Below are positions 38,141-52,921 of a DNA stretch of 64,000 nucleotides, one piece after another (the first letter of the stretch is position 1; every line of letters begins with the position of its first letter). The stretch is from Hyphochytrium catenoides. Taxonomy: Eukaryota > Protista > Hyphochytriomycota. The stretch lies in the NCBI GenBank assembly GCA_900088475.1, contig FLMG01004242.1, positions 90,961 through 154,960 of the forward strand. The letters run 5' to 3'. Below the pieces are notes generated by a model, which saw nothing but the letters and a program-made list of their open reading frames with translations, was not told the origin of the DNA and ran no database searches. The position numbers were made by a program, and so were the translations under genes.

Positions 38141-38439
38141 CTTCATGATTACTTCCCACTTCTCATCTGTAAATCGCTTCTTGCAGCCTTTCCGCGTCAA
38201 TAGGGAGTTGCGGTTCAATCATGTCTCGGCTCGCGCCTTTCCTCGCTTTCTGCCGCCCAGCCTTCTTACCCTGAGTCACATCGTCTCTGCCGATAAAGCT
38301 TTCCCTTTCTCGAGCTTTCCTACCTTTCTTATCAGCACACAAAGGTCGGACAGGGCCCACCCTTGCGTCTTCGCTTCTGCGCGTTGCGGCAACTTCTTCA
38401 TGGTGGTAGGCTGCTGATTGATCTCCGTCGGATCTCAAG

Positions 38440-39094
38440 ATGGTCGACAGTATCAGAGGAGACGGCTCCACTGGAGGCCCCACCACCGACACGCGAAGCT
38501 TTAACAGCGAGTTGAAGCAGATTCAAGATATGGTGCAATCCTCAAGGGAAAGCGTCTTCGCCAACTTCTCTCTCTCACAGGCGAAGAGAGAAAGTCTTCG
38601 CCAAGATATGTTGAAAACGATAGAGGCTGCTGCGGACACATATGCGGATGTGGAAGGTATGGGCCTCTCTTCCTTTCAAGCTCTCCTTTGTCTGTCTCTT
38701 CTTCTCTTCGAGGGGGAGGCCATGTTGAGGCCGAGAGGGCTTACCCTTGCATCTATTTCTGCCGCACATGGTGTGTTGCCTGTTGCAATCTCTGAGGGTT
38801 CATCAAGATGATTCGTTCTTTTATGGCTCTCCCTGTGGCTTCTAGCGTCTATAGAGACTAACCATTACCCTTGGACCACCCTAATCGGATGCACAGCAGG
38901 GATTGTGAGCTGGGGCAAGACGAACACTAGCAAGCACATGTTGCCTGTGAGGAAAGGATCCCTTCCCGGTGAGTGAAGTGTGCTGTTAAGTGCCAAGAGT
39001 AACAGAAGACTGACTTCTGGGTTTGTATCTGCTTCCTTCATTCTCTACTTCTCATTCTGCTCCTTCTTCTTCTTCTTCTTCTTCTTCTTCTTCT

Positions 39095-39145
<51 letters not shown>

Positions 39146-41348
39146 TCTTCTGCCCTCTTGGGGGCCCCCACTTCTGTGTAGGCAATAAAGTGCCATGCTT
39201 TCAGGCGTGGACCACTGTAGACGCAGAGTTAAAGGAGATTTGTCCGCTTTTGTTTGGAGATACAACCGAGCGCTATCGCAAGGAATCGCGATTGTTCTAT
39301 GGGAAGAAGCTAGAGCAATGTCAGTGGCCAGGACTGTCCCGCCATGGCCCATGCTATAACCTTCCTTATCCTTGGTGCTTATCCTCCCCCTGACTTATGT
39401 GTTTCATAAACTCATAGGGATTCCACGATTTCCGCAGCTCTATCGTCTTTATCTATTGCAGTTCGTTTGTGGCGGCCGGCCCTTTCTCCTTTTGATCTCA
39501 GTCCTCTTTTTTTCTGGTTGTAGGCCGAGTGTTAGACGTCCTGATCCCTATGGAGGACGACGGTACTGGCGGCCGGTGGATGATGACTCTGAAATGGTTT
39601 TGCCTTAACGGGAAGGGCGCCTTTAGCAAGGCGAAGGACTTCGTAGTGATTGACTACGTCAGGCACTACAAGACGGTAAGATTTGACATTCTCTCATGCT
39701 CCCATCATGTGGTGCGTTGCTGATCAGCATGGCTGCTTTTCTTTATCGCCCTGGCTACCGTTGCCTCTCTGCAATGACACTTTCACTCTTGCACTTGCAA
39801 CATCTCTTACTTTCGATCCCTCTATCGCGTATGCTTATGCTTGGTCGATGCACAGGAGGAAGGGGTGGCGGTGCTGTGTAGAGTGATGAAGTCCGTTACC
39901 CTTCAAGGACTGCCATCTCTACGCCAACTGGGCATCACAAGAGGAAATGTTCTCTCGTCCATAGAAATGTTTACAGAGACAAAGTCACCCGGCTACATCA
40001 ACGCCACTGCCTTAATGCACATGGACGTTCAAGACTCAATCAAAGCACTTGGTTCTCATTACGCAGAAAACTTTCTTGTCAATAATTTAAAGACACTGGG
40101 AGTGTTCGTCCTCACCAAGCGGGTGACGAAACTGCACATGAAGGCGATGAGAGATCAAGGGGGCAAGCCCAACGAGAATGACCCAGCCTGTGGAATCTGT
40201 CTAAAATCGTTTTGGCAAGGTGCGCGGTTTCTCCTTCCTCTTTTATGTTCTTTGAGTTGATAGTCTTCGACGGACACATCCCCTTGCCTGCTCAGGTGTC
40301 TATCACAGTGGTAATTTAGTTCTTTGACCGCTTGCGTCACTGATGCTGTTTATCCATGGCCCAAAGGCTGCTCTGTAGATATCACCTACTAGCTTCTTGC
40401 CCGTCAGACATTCCCTATCTCTGATCCTGCTCTTCCATAGGCCGCAAGCGTCAAGCGTGCATGGGCTGCTTGACTTCCGTCTGTGCAGAATGCACAATTA
40501 GCCTGAATGCCCTGATCCCTCGACACAATACGCTGATGGTTTGTTTTAACTGCGTGCTTTTTGTGAAGTCAAAGCCGACAGCAGCGCAGGGAGATAGCAG
40601 CAATAAAGAGCTGCGGAGAAAGAGGTAATATATAGCTATTGCATCGGGTGTTTTTGACATCTCTTCTTCTATGTATGTCTACTATGTCAGCAAACTATTG
40701 TCTCCCTTCCAATATTTAGAGAGGGGACTGAACACTATATCCTCGGTCTCGCCGGCAGCTCCGAAGCAGACAATAGAGGAGACGCATTTTCTTTTTCCCG
40801 CTTGTCCTCCCTTCTTCCGGAGAGTTTAGCGCCCATCGTGACTCGTCGGCTGTCGATCGAGCCCGTGGACATCAACCTTTCCGAGCCTGCACTGAGGTCC
40901 CTTGAGTCACCACCCAAGAAAGAGCATCGGGAGGAGGTCTATCTTCGGGTGTCTGATCTCTGGTGCGTGCCAGCAACTGTTCGTAGCTCGCCCTCATTCA
41001 TCCCGTGCTATTTGAACTTGTTCCACTTATCCTACCTTCGATGTCTCCAGGGATCCAAACCAATTCATGCAAGCCGCCAAAGGTACTGGCACTACAGGGC
41101 TTCAGACTGCAAAGCACTTCACGTTCGAGTTTAAGAAGGCCAAAAAAGAGAAGAAAAGTCGTTCTGACTCTATCGGCTCCGATGACAGCGGCAGTTGGCA
41201 AGGAGATGAAGATGATCTCACTCCGTTTGAGCTGCCCGCATTCACCCGCTTCTCTCTTATGTACGATGAAGAAAACCCTCAAAAAGGAGTTGGTGTCAGA
41301 CATCTTCCCCTTGCTGTCAACCTTCCACCTCCTGCAAAAGCCAGCTAG
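38440..41348 (+). CDS. START-like domain + FYVE-like zinc finger protein (oomycete/stramenopile-type architecture); multi-exon
   Basis: Segments TVDAELKEICPLLFGDTTERYR, LKWFCL...AKDFVVIDY and MKSVTLQGLPSLRQLGITRG. Spliced finger CGICLKSFWQG|RKRQACMGCLTSVCAEC...MVCFNC has 8 Cys. Low-complexity tail ends at the TAG at 41348. Confidence 0.75.
39061..39150. repeat. Compound (TTC)n-(CT)n microsatellite in an intron
   Basis: About 12 TTC units followed by a CT run just before the 3' splice site. Confidence 0.9.
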
Positions 41349-41515
41349 GTCTTTGGACCATTGTAGGCTATCAATCTTTCCTTTCTCTCTCTCTCTCATC
41401 CTATCAAACTAAGGCTTGTCAGCTGTCCTCCTTGTCAAATTATTTATGCTTTCTCCTGACCACTAATTGGAAGAGAGTTACACTTTCATAAATTAAAATA
41501 AATCGGCAATAGAAC

Positions 41516-44500
41516 TCACGATGGTTCATAGTATAGACGGGGCTTCTTCTGCACTCTATGACTGCCTAGTAGGAGAGTCTCTACCACTGCAGTGTCAGGC
41601 ACAAACTCTAGCATAGTCCAAGGGTCTAACCGGAAGAAGCTTGACATATCGCCTGAAGGTTGGCCTCCTAGGCGGGTTGACAGATCTAACAGTAGAGGGG
41701 AGACGCCGTTTGTGGGCCGAGGGAATATCACCTCCACCCGCCTCAACAGTTCATCCCGCATCTTAAGTTGCGAGAGCTGGTCCTACATCACAAGTAAAGA
41801 GAAGGCCATTCCATCAAGGAAGTGAGGTGAACCAAGTGCACCAAGGACATAGGAGTTTAGGAATTGACTGCAAGAGTGAAGAGATATTGTCAAGGAACTG
41901 AGTAGAGAAAGGACAGAGTTCTGTCCGCAGAGAAAGAGGAAAAGACATATCAGCCTCGAATCAAAGCAAAGACAGAGCCAATGCTCTCTATCAGCGCAGT
42001 TCTGCCGCCTTCTGCAGTTTCGACTCTAATGTGACTTACCCTTGGTTTCTCTTGAAGGGTTTTGGGCTCCATGACGTTGATAACATCTAGAATAAAGTCG
42101 AAAAGGTCCAAGTCTTGAGCGCTATTGATAATATTCAGCTGCAGTATCTGGAACAGGGATTTGAGCAACCTGCCCATCGCCACTGTCTCTCCGCATTGCT
42201 TGATAGGCTTTACAAGCAACGCCAGAATCTGAATGCGGAGTCTCAACAGCTCCTCAAAGCGCGCTATCCGCACATTTCTTAGCTCGGCATCCGCCATAGA
42301 ACCAGGCAAGGCCGGTTTATCCGCTGTTTTCCCCTGAACCGCCAACTCCTCAAACTGTGCAATCAAAGACTCAATGAAGCGGACATGGGGTCGTCCTTCT
42401 GATGAAGAGAGGCAGTTTCTGATCAGGACAAGCACAGGCTGCTGAGGAAGAGCTCTCTGCCACGTCGAAGCCAGGTCTTTTTTCAGCAGAGTCTGGATCT
42501 CCATCAAAAGATCACTGATAGCGCTCGGGCCGACCTTTCGCACTAGCGCGGCGTAAATGTCGGATTGCGCTACCATTGCCTCCTCCTCCGTCTCTCCTTC
42601 TCTCTCTCCCGCGGAATTCGAATGGTAAGGTCGGGATGGAAGGCGCAAGGAATATTCTCGCGTGGGAGAGGTCGCCATAGGTGACGACATTGGAGAAGAG
42701 CGCAAGACGAAGGGAGTAGAACCCGGCGTAGCTGTCATTGGTGAAGCCGCAGGAGACCTAAAAAGCCACCACTTAGTATGGGGATGAGGTTGGATCTAGT
42801 GATGAGAAGAGATACGATAGAGATGATAGTTATGATCTAGCACCCTCGTAGAGGTAATAAAAGAATTGAGAGAGACACAGAGTCCCCAACGGAGAAAGAG
42901 AATCTAGCACGTGGACATCATAGCCTGAGGATGGATAATGCACTTTTCAAAGGAACAGCTGTTAATACTACCTGCTAGGAACTCCATACTGTCTCCCTAT
43001 CCTTCTCACGATAAGGTAACCCAGATGCTGATGTTCTGTCAGAGAGTGAGCAGGCTCCTCTTCTTCCTCCATCTCTGGGGCAGAGCTGGGTAACGAAGGT
43101 GGTAAAGGTGCTCCGGGCTTCGGAGGGGTGTTTGGTGCGATAGGAAGGGTTGTGGCTTCAAGCTATGGCAGATACGACGAAGCGCGGTTACGGCAGAGCA
43201 TGAAGAACGCGAGTTAAAAGAAAGGAGGGCAAGCTCCAGGAATGGCATTGGATATTGAATAGTAGGAGAAGAGATCCTGTGAGATTCAACAAAACTAGCA
43301 GAGGTAGACAATACCAACCTGATGTTTCATTTCGGTAGAGCTAGGGACTGGCACCTGGCTCCCGCCACCGGAAGAGGAATTAGACAAGGCAGGAGGAGGG
43401 AGGGGAAGGCCATACGGTGGAGGTGAACCAGGAGGTGGTGGCGGTGGAGGGGTACCATCTGAATGCCCCGACTGTGTATGTATGGGTATCCTCAGAGACG
43501 GAGAGATCTATGAAAGCATTAGACGTTGATTGGTAATACTCCCACACTATAGGAAATAGCACAGAAGGCCCGTCCACACTTCAAAGTCAGAGAGAAAAAA
43601 GCAGATAGGAAGAGATCTGTAAAGAGAAGAAGCATCTAACTGCAGGCTGGAAGACTATTGTGCTCATCTCTATCGTACTCACCATGGCAGGAGGCGGTAG
43701 AGGAGGAAGAACGGATGGGAGGATTGACGAGGGCGCAGAGCTCGACCTCGTTTGAAGCTGAGGAGGAACCGGGCTAGGCGGGACTTTGCCGATTATCTTC
43801 TTTTGCCGCGGCTTGGGTCTCCATCGCTTCAACTGTAACTGCAGCTGCAGCCAACCGCCCCTGTGCAGGGACCATTTGGTCAAGCCGTAAGAAGAGAGTT
43901 AAGGGTATACTGACGTCACGGACAACGCGGACAAGGAGGGTAACGACGAAGAGGCAGAAAGTGGCAAATCTCTTGGAGAAAGTGGAGAGAACATGCTCAA
44001 CAGAGTCAATCTGAGAGTCACATTCCAGAGCACGTCCCTAAAATGGGTGCAAAGGACATGAAGGACTGTGTCTGCATTCTTGGAAGCTACGAAGGTCTCG
44101 TCGAGTACTCATAGGCAGAAAGAAATCACGAAGGGGTCAATGGGCGTGGACGGCTATGTTGGGGAGGATATATTTAAAATGTCCCTCGGCGCAGGAAGTG
44201 ACTTGATGATTGTCTCATGTGTGTCTCCCGCGCCGTCATCATCGGTGTTCCGACAAAGCTGGGATATCAGATGTGCCGCAGACCAGTTGCGCTCATTGTA
44301 CAATCGTGATACTGTAGAGTAACACAATATAGCGGTTGACTCAGAGACGGACGGAGCCAGATGAGCCAAGGAAAAGGAAGGAGGTCGAGGAGCCACATAA
44401 GGAAGGTGGTTATAGCTTCAGCATGGAGACAGTAAACATTGCTTTTATCACCAGGATCACCCAGGGAAGAGAGGATAAATATAACCTGGGAGGATATCTA

Positions 44501-47500
44501 GACAAGATAGGGAGAGTAACTCTACCTAGTAGATGGTTTAGCTTTGTCGTGTCAGAGAAAAGTGCCTCCCGGACGTACGGGTTCCCGCTTACTCTTCGAA
44601 GTATGGCGAAAGCCACAAGAGCTGAGGCAACGAACGACAGAGCAGAGAGTGAGGCTTAGCGAGGGGGACGACGAGCGAGGAGATACAGCGGAACAGCTGA
44701 TTCAGACTACAAAAAGACAATAATAAGACACCTACCTTTGCTATCAGGTTTTCTCAGCCCTTGTCCCTTGGAGTCGAATTGGTAAGCAACTCTGTGGTGC
44801 TGCAGTACCACCGAAAAGACCAAAGGCATTGAGAGTTTGGATATAGCAGCTCGGAGTACCGCTTGTTCCTGCGGGTCAACTTTTTAGAGAAGTACGACAA
44901 GGCCACAAACTCCAAGAGTTGCGAAGGGAAAAAAATGGTTCATACAGGTGTGTTAAGAAGACCAGAGGTACCCTTACCGGTGCCCCACTAAAAGTGCGGT
45001 CAGAGAAGAGCGCCCCGATCAGGCACATGGACAACATCTGGCAGCCAGAAGACTCAGCAGCGTCTACGGTCGGTGTCTTGGGAGGCTGTTGACCCTTCGC
45101 CTGGGAGCACGAGGAGTATTAGCCACTTCAGAACGCCCAGCCAGCCATGAACGATCAATAGGGTCGATCACGTCATTGACAGAGAGAAAAACATTAAACT
45201 ACTCTAAAAGGAGACTTGGGGACAAGGATGTCGTACCACAGAAGGAAGGCCAGGGAGTAGAGTAACCCGAACCAGTCCATCTAAGAAGATAACCTCTTCA
45301 CTGATGAGCGCCATGATAAACATGAGTAGTCCTGCCTGGGCGTAGTCCAGATCACCTTTCCTAATATTGTAAAGAAATGCAGAGACAAGGCGAACAAAGA
45401 GGATCGAAGTCTGAGCCAGGGCAAGCAAGATTCAGAGAAGAGATGCAACTCCGCGCGGACAGGGACAAATCCATGGCTACTCATGATGGGTTGAGAGCCT
45501 GAACCATACCTTTCTCTATGCATGAGCTTCTTGCTAAGATGCTCCGTATTCGCGAACGGATTTTTATGCTGTGTATTGGCAAACGCCGGGATCACTTCCT
45601 ACAATTCGGACCCGGGCGAAGTATGAGACTAAGCATGATGACAGGCACACTAGAAGGGGAAGCAGAAGAGGAGAAAGCAAAAAGTACGCTTCAAAGGGGC
45701 AGTCTTAACATCAGACGTGGGCAGCTCATCACGCTCAGTAGCACGTTGACATTTCTAAAAGAGGCATTTCGTCAGTGCAACACTCGGACCTTTTGCAGCC
45801 AGATGAGGAGAAAGTAGGAGAGGTTGGCTCCAAACTTAGGGCTTTCAAATTGGTACATGGGCGAATCCCTTAGGAGGCGTATGAAGGAATAGAGAGAAGG
45901 CGGAACACTGCCATAAGTGGTCTCAATAAAGGAGGCCTGCCCATTCTCTTTGCTAACGAAATCGCCATACTTTTGACTCCCATCAATCCACACCTAGAGC
46001 AAGGAGAGGACCAGCTTAGACTCTGTGCGCGCAGGCGTAAGGAACAAGCCACAATGAGCTCAGCAGCAACACCAAATGTAGGCGAAGCGTCTACAAACGC
46101 AGATCTTGGGAAAAGTTATATACAGATCGGATCTATCTATGCGTAAGCTTAGCAAGAATGGAATAATGCTAAAAGTAAGAGAGCAGACAAGGCTGACCTT
46201 CATGAATTGAGTGAGAACAGCGCGGAAGCAATAAACGAATCCGTAAGGCCGAAGGAAATAGTCCTTGAGAAGTAGTGACCCGGACTGAATTCGAGGATCC
46301 CTGGCTTGAGCTGAAGAACAGAGGGATTGAAGAAGAGATCTCGCGGGGCTTTTATCGCCTCCTCCATCTGTGTTGGGTTCTGGTGTTGGAGGGACCGAGC
46401 TCTGCGCTGTCTCTAGACTGGAGGAGAGGTAGGAGAAAGCCTGCTCTAATGCAGCCGAGAGCTGTTCGGAAGGACGATCTGAATTTGAAGGAAAGTCTAG
46501 AGATCGGACTGTGGGGTCTGGTCCCTCCAAAAAGTTAAGATCAAGGAGGTTGCCACCGCTCTCTTTCTGGCTCCTTCCTAACTCACTTTGTAGCTTCACC
46601 AACTCGCTATCAGTTTTTGAAACTTGTGCCTGGTACTTGGCCAGCTGAGTGAAGAGATAGTCTGGAGCTTCCGCCTTCTCAAGCCACTTGTTGACGCTTG
46701 GTTTTCCTTTGTGCTCATTGTAGAGCAAACAAAAGTATCTCGTTATAGCGAGAGACGAGTCGTCAAAGCTGTTTCCCTCTTCTCCGTCTGTCTGGGTCCC
46801 TCCTGAACCTCGTTTCCTAGGTACGCCACCGAAGTACTTATAACGGGCCACAAAGCAGTGCAGGAGTTCAGGGAGGGTTTCGGTGGTCGCCAAGGCAACG
46901 CGTATGCGGTCTAGTCTTGGAAGAACCACTGTTCGCACAATGTAGGTGCCAGCATACTTCACGAGCCACAAAGCTAAGTTCATGGCTTAATAGTTGCGAG
47001 TGCACATGTGGCAGGAACGCAGTGGTGTTAGCAATCTTGCAACTCTTGAACAAGCCTTACCCAACATCTCCTAAACCTCTACGGATCTCTCTTTCTCGTA
47101 TTGTAAGGTCCAAGCTCTCTTGTTCTTTGGGGAAAATAAAGCATGGTTACTCTCCTCTCTATATTAAGTCCTACCTTCGAAGACGTCTGCCTCTTCCAAA
47201 ACGGCCAACACATTCTTGCATAGTTCCTCCAGCGAGCCGTGTATCGAGAGGATGTCATTCTGCTTACCCTGGTCACCTCCCTGCAGCCACCCTTCTTCCC
47301 GTAACGACTGCACCAGCCAAGAAGTGAACCAGCTCTTGTCGTGGGACGATAGGAGACTAATCTTCTTCAAAAGAAGAGAGATAGACTTCTCAAAGTTTTC
47401 GCGTTGGTGTAGCGCAATCCTCAACATTGTTCGTGAATGGCTGGACTCTTCTGCATAGCGGTCGCCGGCTGTCTTCGTACCTTCCTTCCCGTCCGCTCTT

Positions 47501-50500
47501 GCTTTTTGAGGCTGTCGGTCTATGGGTTATATAGAGTGAAGCAGCAGAGAGAGAAGGTATGAAAAAGAAGAGAGGATTGGTGAGACAAGCGACCACAGCA
47601 AGCAACAAGGACACGTGAGAGGTGGTACAAAATACGGTGGATGTAAGGCGTGGGTGCTATAGAAAGTGCCAGAGGGCATTTATCGAGTATTGATGACGTA
47701 GGACCCAGTAAGGCAATGGGGAACAGGTTCACCTGATCGCAATGACCTACCTTGAGGTCTAACAAAGCCAAACAGGTCGGCAGCAAGTCTCTGGACGTGG
47801 AGCAAGTCTTCCTCTGCCCCTAACTCCTCTTCCTCTTCCCTTCGAAGGCTTAACGCGGCCCGCCACTGGTTGTAGAGGAGTCCGCACTTATTTCTGGAGG
47901 TGCTGATTGCGATCTTTGAGGAAAGGGGAGGCAGAGGACCTCGAGGGAGCTGCCAGAGGTAAATTCGGTGAAGGGTGGCACGCCTTAGGGAAGCGATATC
48001 GTCCTTATGAACAGCCATACCGGGACCGCACTCAATATCTAGTGGAATAAGGAGGAACGACCAGGGACCATAAATGCAATGATGGCGCAGCACTTCCTTA
48101 GCCACCTTGAGAGCTTTGAGGTCACCGCATCAGAGATAAAGACCAGAACTAAAGGACTTCCCAACTCTGGTACACAGCCTTCTAACGATGCAAGCCATAC
48201 GAAGTTGAAAGTGTAACAAGATGGACAAGCGATAGGCGCCTAAAAATATAACAACGAAGCAAGGAAAGCGAAGACGCGGAAGCCTAGATACGAATCAAGC
48301 TACAATCCTTACAAGGGAGGGTGTCGGTAGAGCTGTCAGAGGAACTCCTCAGGTCCTTCAATGAGATAAGAGGGACTCCGTCTAGAGCGTCGTCCATAGC
48401 CCCAGATGCTATAAGATGGCTCGTATAATGGATTTGGGAGAAAACTCGCTGCCGTATTAGCAGAGAAAAGAGGTTTAATATGCACAGAAGCTCTTCTCCA
48501 TTTTGCGGCCTGTACTTGTCAAGGAAGCACTGCAGCGCATCCTGGAGCATCAGTCGTTGCGGCATCACTAAACTCTTAGCAGACGCCATATGGGCACCTT
48601 CCTCGTTAGCAGTCATTCCAGCTGAGGTACTACGGAGAAGGAAAGCAGGTTGGACGTCTTAGAACCCAAGGTGTCGCAAAGGATAGGTCAGCATCAGCGG
48701 AAAGGGTGGCTTCGAGATGGCTCAATCCACACGCTACCTCGTCGTTGGTTGACGTTGTAAATAGTCTTGATAAATCTCCAGAAGTTTGGCAGCACTAAGA
48801 ATGCGGTAAGGGGCGCATCTATGACGCGTAACACCCCATTCACAGATGGTGAATACCGCTGATGGCTCCACCACAGAGAGAGTGGCATTACTATTGTCAT
48901 TGGCCGGACTGAAGAAAATCTGGCAAGACAGAGTGTTAGCAAGCTTGGAGATCCTTCCCTTTCAAACCCTGACTCCTTTAATAATGTAGATAGGGTAGAA
49001 TTGCGGTACGATTCTTTGAAGTCAGAACTCCTAATTTCCTTCACTTCCTCTCAGCCTCCTTTTCTCCAGTCTTCGGAGTTTCACTTTGTGTCTATGCCAA
49101 CCTTTTGCACTATTTGTTCCGCGTCGAAGGTAGAAGTAATGGTGTGGAAGTGGTCCAGAGTTTCGATAAGATCGGGAGCACTGGGCTTTGCAAACGATTG
49201 GGTTATCTGGGGAATGGGGAAAACCGGACAGAGAGGAAGACTCTTTAAGTTCTAACAACATGTTTCCTTAGCGGAGCATGGCCATCCTGACGCCTTTGGC
49301 TCGTGGTTGTTTTTATATCTATTCCCCACTTCCCATCTGTCCGTTGCCCTGCAGTAGCCCTCCCAATTTGGTCCAACAGACATAGGTATCCATGCCCTTG
49401 ATAAATGAAACTTGGACGAACAGACCTACCAGGGAGCGGATTCTCTCACTTCTCGAGCAGACGGATTTGAGAATTCGCCGGCAGCGTTGGAGGGGGACGC
49501 CAGCAACCTTCTCCACTTTGTTCCCAGAGAAAGAGCACTTGACACGACTACTATTTCGGATGGAAAGTTTGGGGCGCAGGACATACTTTGGCCAAGAGAT
49601 AAGGTGTTCTGATGGATTGTAACACAAGCGTGGCCGCCAACGAAGAACGAGACGGCGGCAGAGAGGTAAGGGTGAAGCACGGAGCTAGAATAGAAGATAT
49701 ATCGTAGTCCTACCGTCTGAGATGGAGACCAGTGCGTCTGATGCTGACAGAAGCACTGATCTCAATAATGAACAAAGTCCATGGAAGAGAAAATCGTGCG
49801 CCTCTGTCTCAAAATACGCGGGCTCTCCCTGTGGCCACAGCTCCCTCAGATTTCGTAGGCATGCATGGACTAGGCCCCTCGTGTGCGAGCTGGTCTTATA
49901 GATATATGGAAGATAAGGCGTAAGAGCGCTAAGAACCATGCAGCAGTCAGGGATGGACAGCGGACGAAAGCCTTGGCCTCTTCTTGAACCCCCTCGCATA
50001 TCGTCAAAGATCTCCAACAGCCCGTCTAAGAAACGAGCCCTGCAAATGGGGAAAAGTCGGGTATTATCGCTCTGTTTGGAGTTCGCTATTCTTAGATCTA
50101 ACGATTTATCAAGTCGTTTTTCCTCTATCAAGATGACTCTTGGACGGCTCCCGCTAACAGTCAACATCATGTCTTGTCATCGGCGCCTGTTCGATCCTCG
50201 TTGTTGTCGCAAACTTCTCGATTGTCGCAGCTTACCCTATGACTCTTAGTATTACCTGTCAAGTAGGCCCTGCTCAAATTGGGAGCGAGCTAAAGCTGCC
50301 ACATACGACCACTTAGACCTATGCGGGGCTTGGCCTAACTGTTCAGGATAGTGGATGCTGCTTTCCTCCATGATCGGGCGCTTCCCTGTTGGAGTGGCCT
50401 ATAGGTTGAACTGATTAGAAGGCAAGCCATCGACGATACCTCATAATGGAGGAGATGATGTCTACACTTAGGGTTCTAACCGCTCAACATAACATTATTC

Positions 50501-52204
50501 GGAGACAGAAGAGTGTGACCAATATTATGAACAATCTGTGCGGAAAAAACGATACCAAAGTAAACGGAGCAGAGGAAAGCATAAAGAGAAAATGATAAAG
50601 GATGAAAGAAGCGTGTACAAGAGAGGAATTGAGGATTGAAGCTCAGCTTGGTCCTAGCCGTACATTCGTGGCGACTAGGGTGGAAGTGCTTTCCCCTTCG
50701 TCTTGCCTGATTTTGAGGCTGAGATACTCTAATAATTGCCGGGTCCACGACTCTGAACGTTTCTCCATCCTCCCGACGTCAAAGGTCCAGTCGCTGGTAC
50801 GGCTCTGCTGCTTCACTTCGCTATAAAGGAATATTATCTTGACGTACCAGGTAGCGCGGATTATCGCTGGCTGGTACTCAGCAAGCAGTTCAAGTAGGGG
50901 ATATCTGAGGAGAAGAGGAACAATAGGAAGACACAGAAGGAAACCAATGGGTTTAGACGTAGATCAGTTAGCGACGGAGCAAATATATGGAAAAGAGGCG
51001 GGACCTAAGGCACTCTGGCTATGGATGGAACACAGAAGAAGTCAAAAAGCTGTATCAGTCAATCCTTGGACCGCTGACTATACACGCGGAAGATGAGCAC
51101 CCCTAAACATCTTTTGACCCAAAGGATGGACCCAGTAAGGACACTTTCAGATTCAGAGCATGATGAAATAAAGGATAAAGTTTGAAAGGAAGGCGAGAGT
51201 ACGAGAATCGGGTCAGACCAACTTTTTGGTAGAAGGTAAATAAAGTTTACCTCTGATTGCGGGACGATTCCCAGCCTCTCTTCGCAATGCCCAGTCTCTC
51301 AATGATTTCATCCAAAGACTTGCGACAGGACGCGAGCTCAATCATCCATTCATGGTTCGACGGACTAGATTTATCGCTGAGAAGCTTCACATGATTCTGC
51401 AAGAAGTTACTAAGATAATTTCTTCGCTGTATAACAGCTGCGCTCGCTTGAGACTCTCGCAGAGCCAGCTCTTGCATAAACCGTTGATGCTGGGAAATAA
51501 GCTCTGCGCAGCTGTCCACCATGGTCCCGTACTGACGTACGGCCGCGCTCTCATGCTCCGAGCCCAAACCTTTCGGAAGCGGCTCCACATAGCCTGACTC
51601 CTTCTCCGCCCAGAAAACAAATTGCTCTTCAGGATTTTTCGCATTTGTCAGATAGGTGTCTGGGATGCCAAGTTTGTCGGATAGCTTGCCGTCTGACGGC
51701 TGAGGCAAAAGAGACAAGTGTCAGATGAGGGCTGAGGGCGGTGCTTACGACAGGAGTGATTACTTACCTGCTTCTTTGCAAACTTGGGAGGAAATCCTGC
51801 TGTCAGATCTGTCGAATACTCTGGCTGGTGCACTGAGCGACTACCGTGGCTTGAGAACGAGGAACCTTAGTACGAATAGGGGAAGGAGTCTGCCACCTTC
51901 CTCATCACTTGCCCTACCTAGAGGAAGAAGACTGATAATGGGAGTGATACCCAGAGCGGGACTGATGGCGCCCTGCACTCCGATCACCTCTGTAGCTGGA
52001 CTGGTTCGGCGAGGACCCTGACGTAAGGTGGAGTAACAGGTATTAGAAGTAATGGCCTCTCCATGTTGCGGCAGTTATAAGACTACCTCGAGAACCACCT
52101 CCATAGGGAGCACCACCCGAGTTCCCAGGCAATCCATGACCTACAGATCCTGGCGGCGGGTAGCGTCTGTGTCGACCACTCCGGGAGCGATCTTTCTCGC
52201 TCAT
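41516..52204 (-). CDS. MED12: Mediator kinase-module subunit MED12; many exons
   Basis: ATG 52204 (MSEKDRSRSGRHRRYPPPG). Conserved blocks KLGIPDTY...PEEQF...ESGY, WMIELASCRKSL, IIRATWYVKI, WSYVAALARSQFEQGLLD, LFSLLIRQRVFSQIHYTSHLIASG, LRLRIQILALL and C-terminal RLDPWTMLE. Confidence 0.82.
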
Positions 52205-52921
52205 CCCTGCCTCCAGAAGTAGAGTGCTATGTAGATTCCACTGACATACGCTGAAGTTCCCGTCCTATCATTAGCACCTGCAGAAGAGGCAGTTCGAACG
52301 AGACCGCCGCTTACGTGGCCGAAGGCAGTAGCTTCGTACTGCCATGGTTGATGAGAAGATCAACCAGAGCCCTCTTGCTAGCTGCTGGTGCTGGATCCTA
52401 GCTGTGGGATCTGCTGCAGTGAGGTTCTTGCTACTGATGAAGTGCGATGACCGTGGTATCGAACTCTCAATATCCAAAGAGAACGGCCAAAAGCGAGGCG
52501 CAGTGGGACCATGAGAGTCGCTAACGGTCAACTCTGAAGATTGAGGCAATTCCAAAGCTCTGTCATTGGATTCTGGGGGATCTCGGATCTCCGACCTGAA
52601 GAAGAGAAGAGAAGAGTGTGGAAGGGTGAGCCTCTTGAGGAAGCGCTTTGGGATGAGGTGAGGATGAGAGACCCTGAGGGTATAACCTTGCTGTCTGACA
52701 GCTATCAAGGGCTGAGAGCGTACGAAGGGTATTCTTAGGGTATGCTGAGAGACTTGGGAAAGGCATCTTGACCTCGTTGACCTTCAGCCCCCAACCCGTA
52801 GTTCCAGCTCATCCGTTTGTAGAGTATCATGCTGCTGATAGGGTTTCCAGAGCTACCTGGAGGACCTTTGAAGAACCCGAGCCTGGAAATGGGCTAGACA
52901 AAGAGAGCGTAAGGCAAGACC

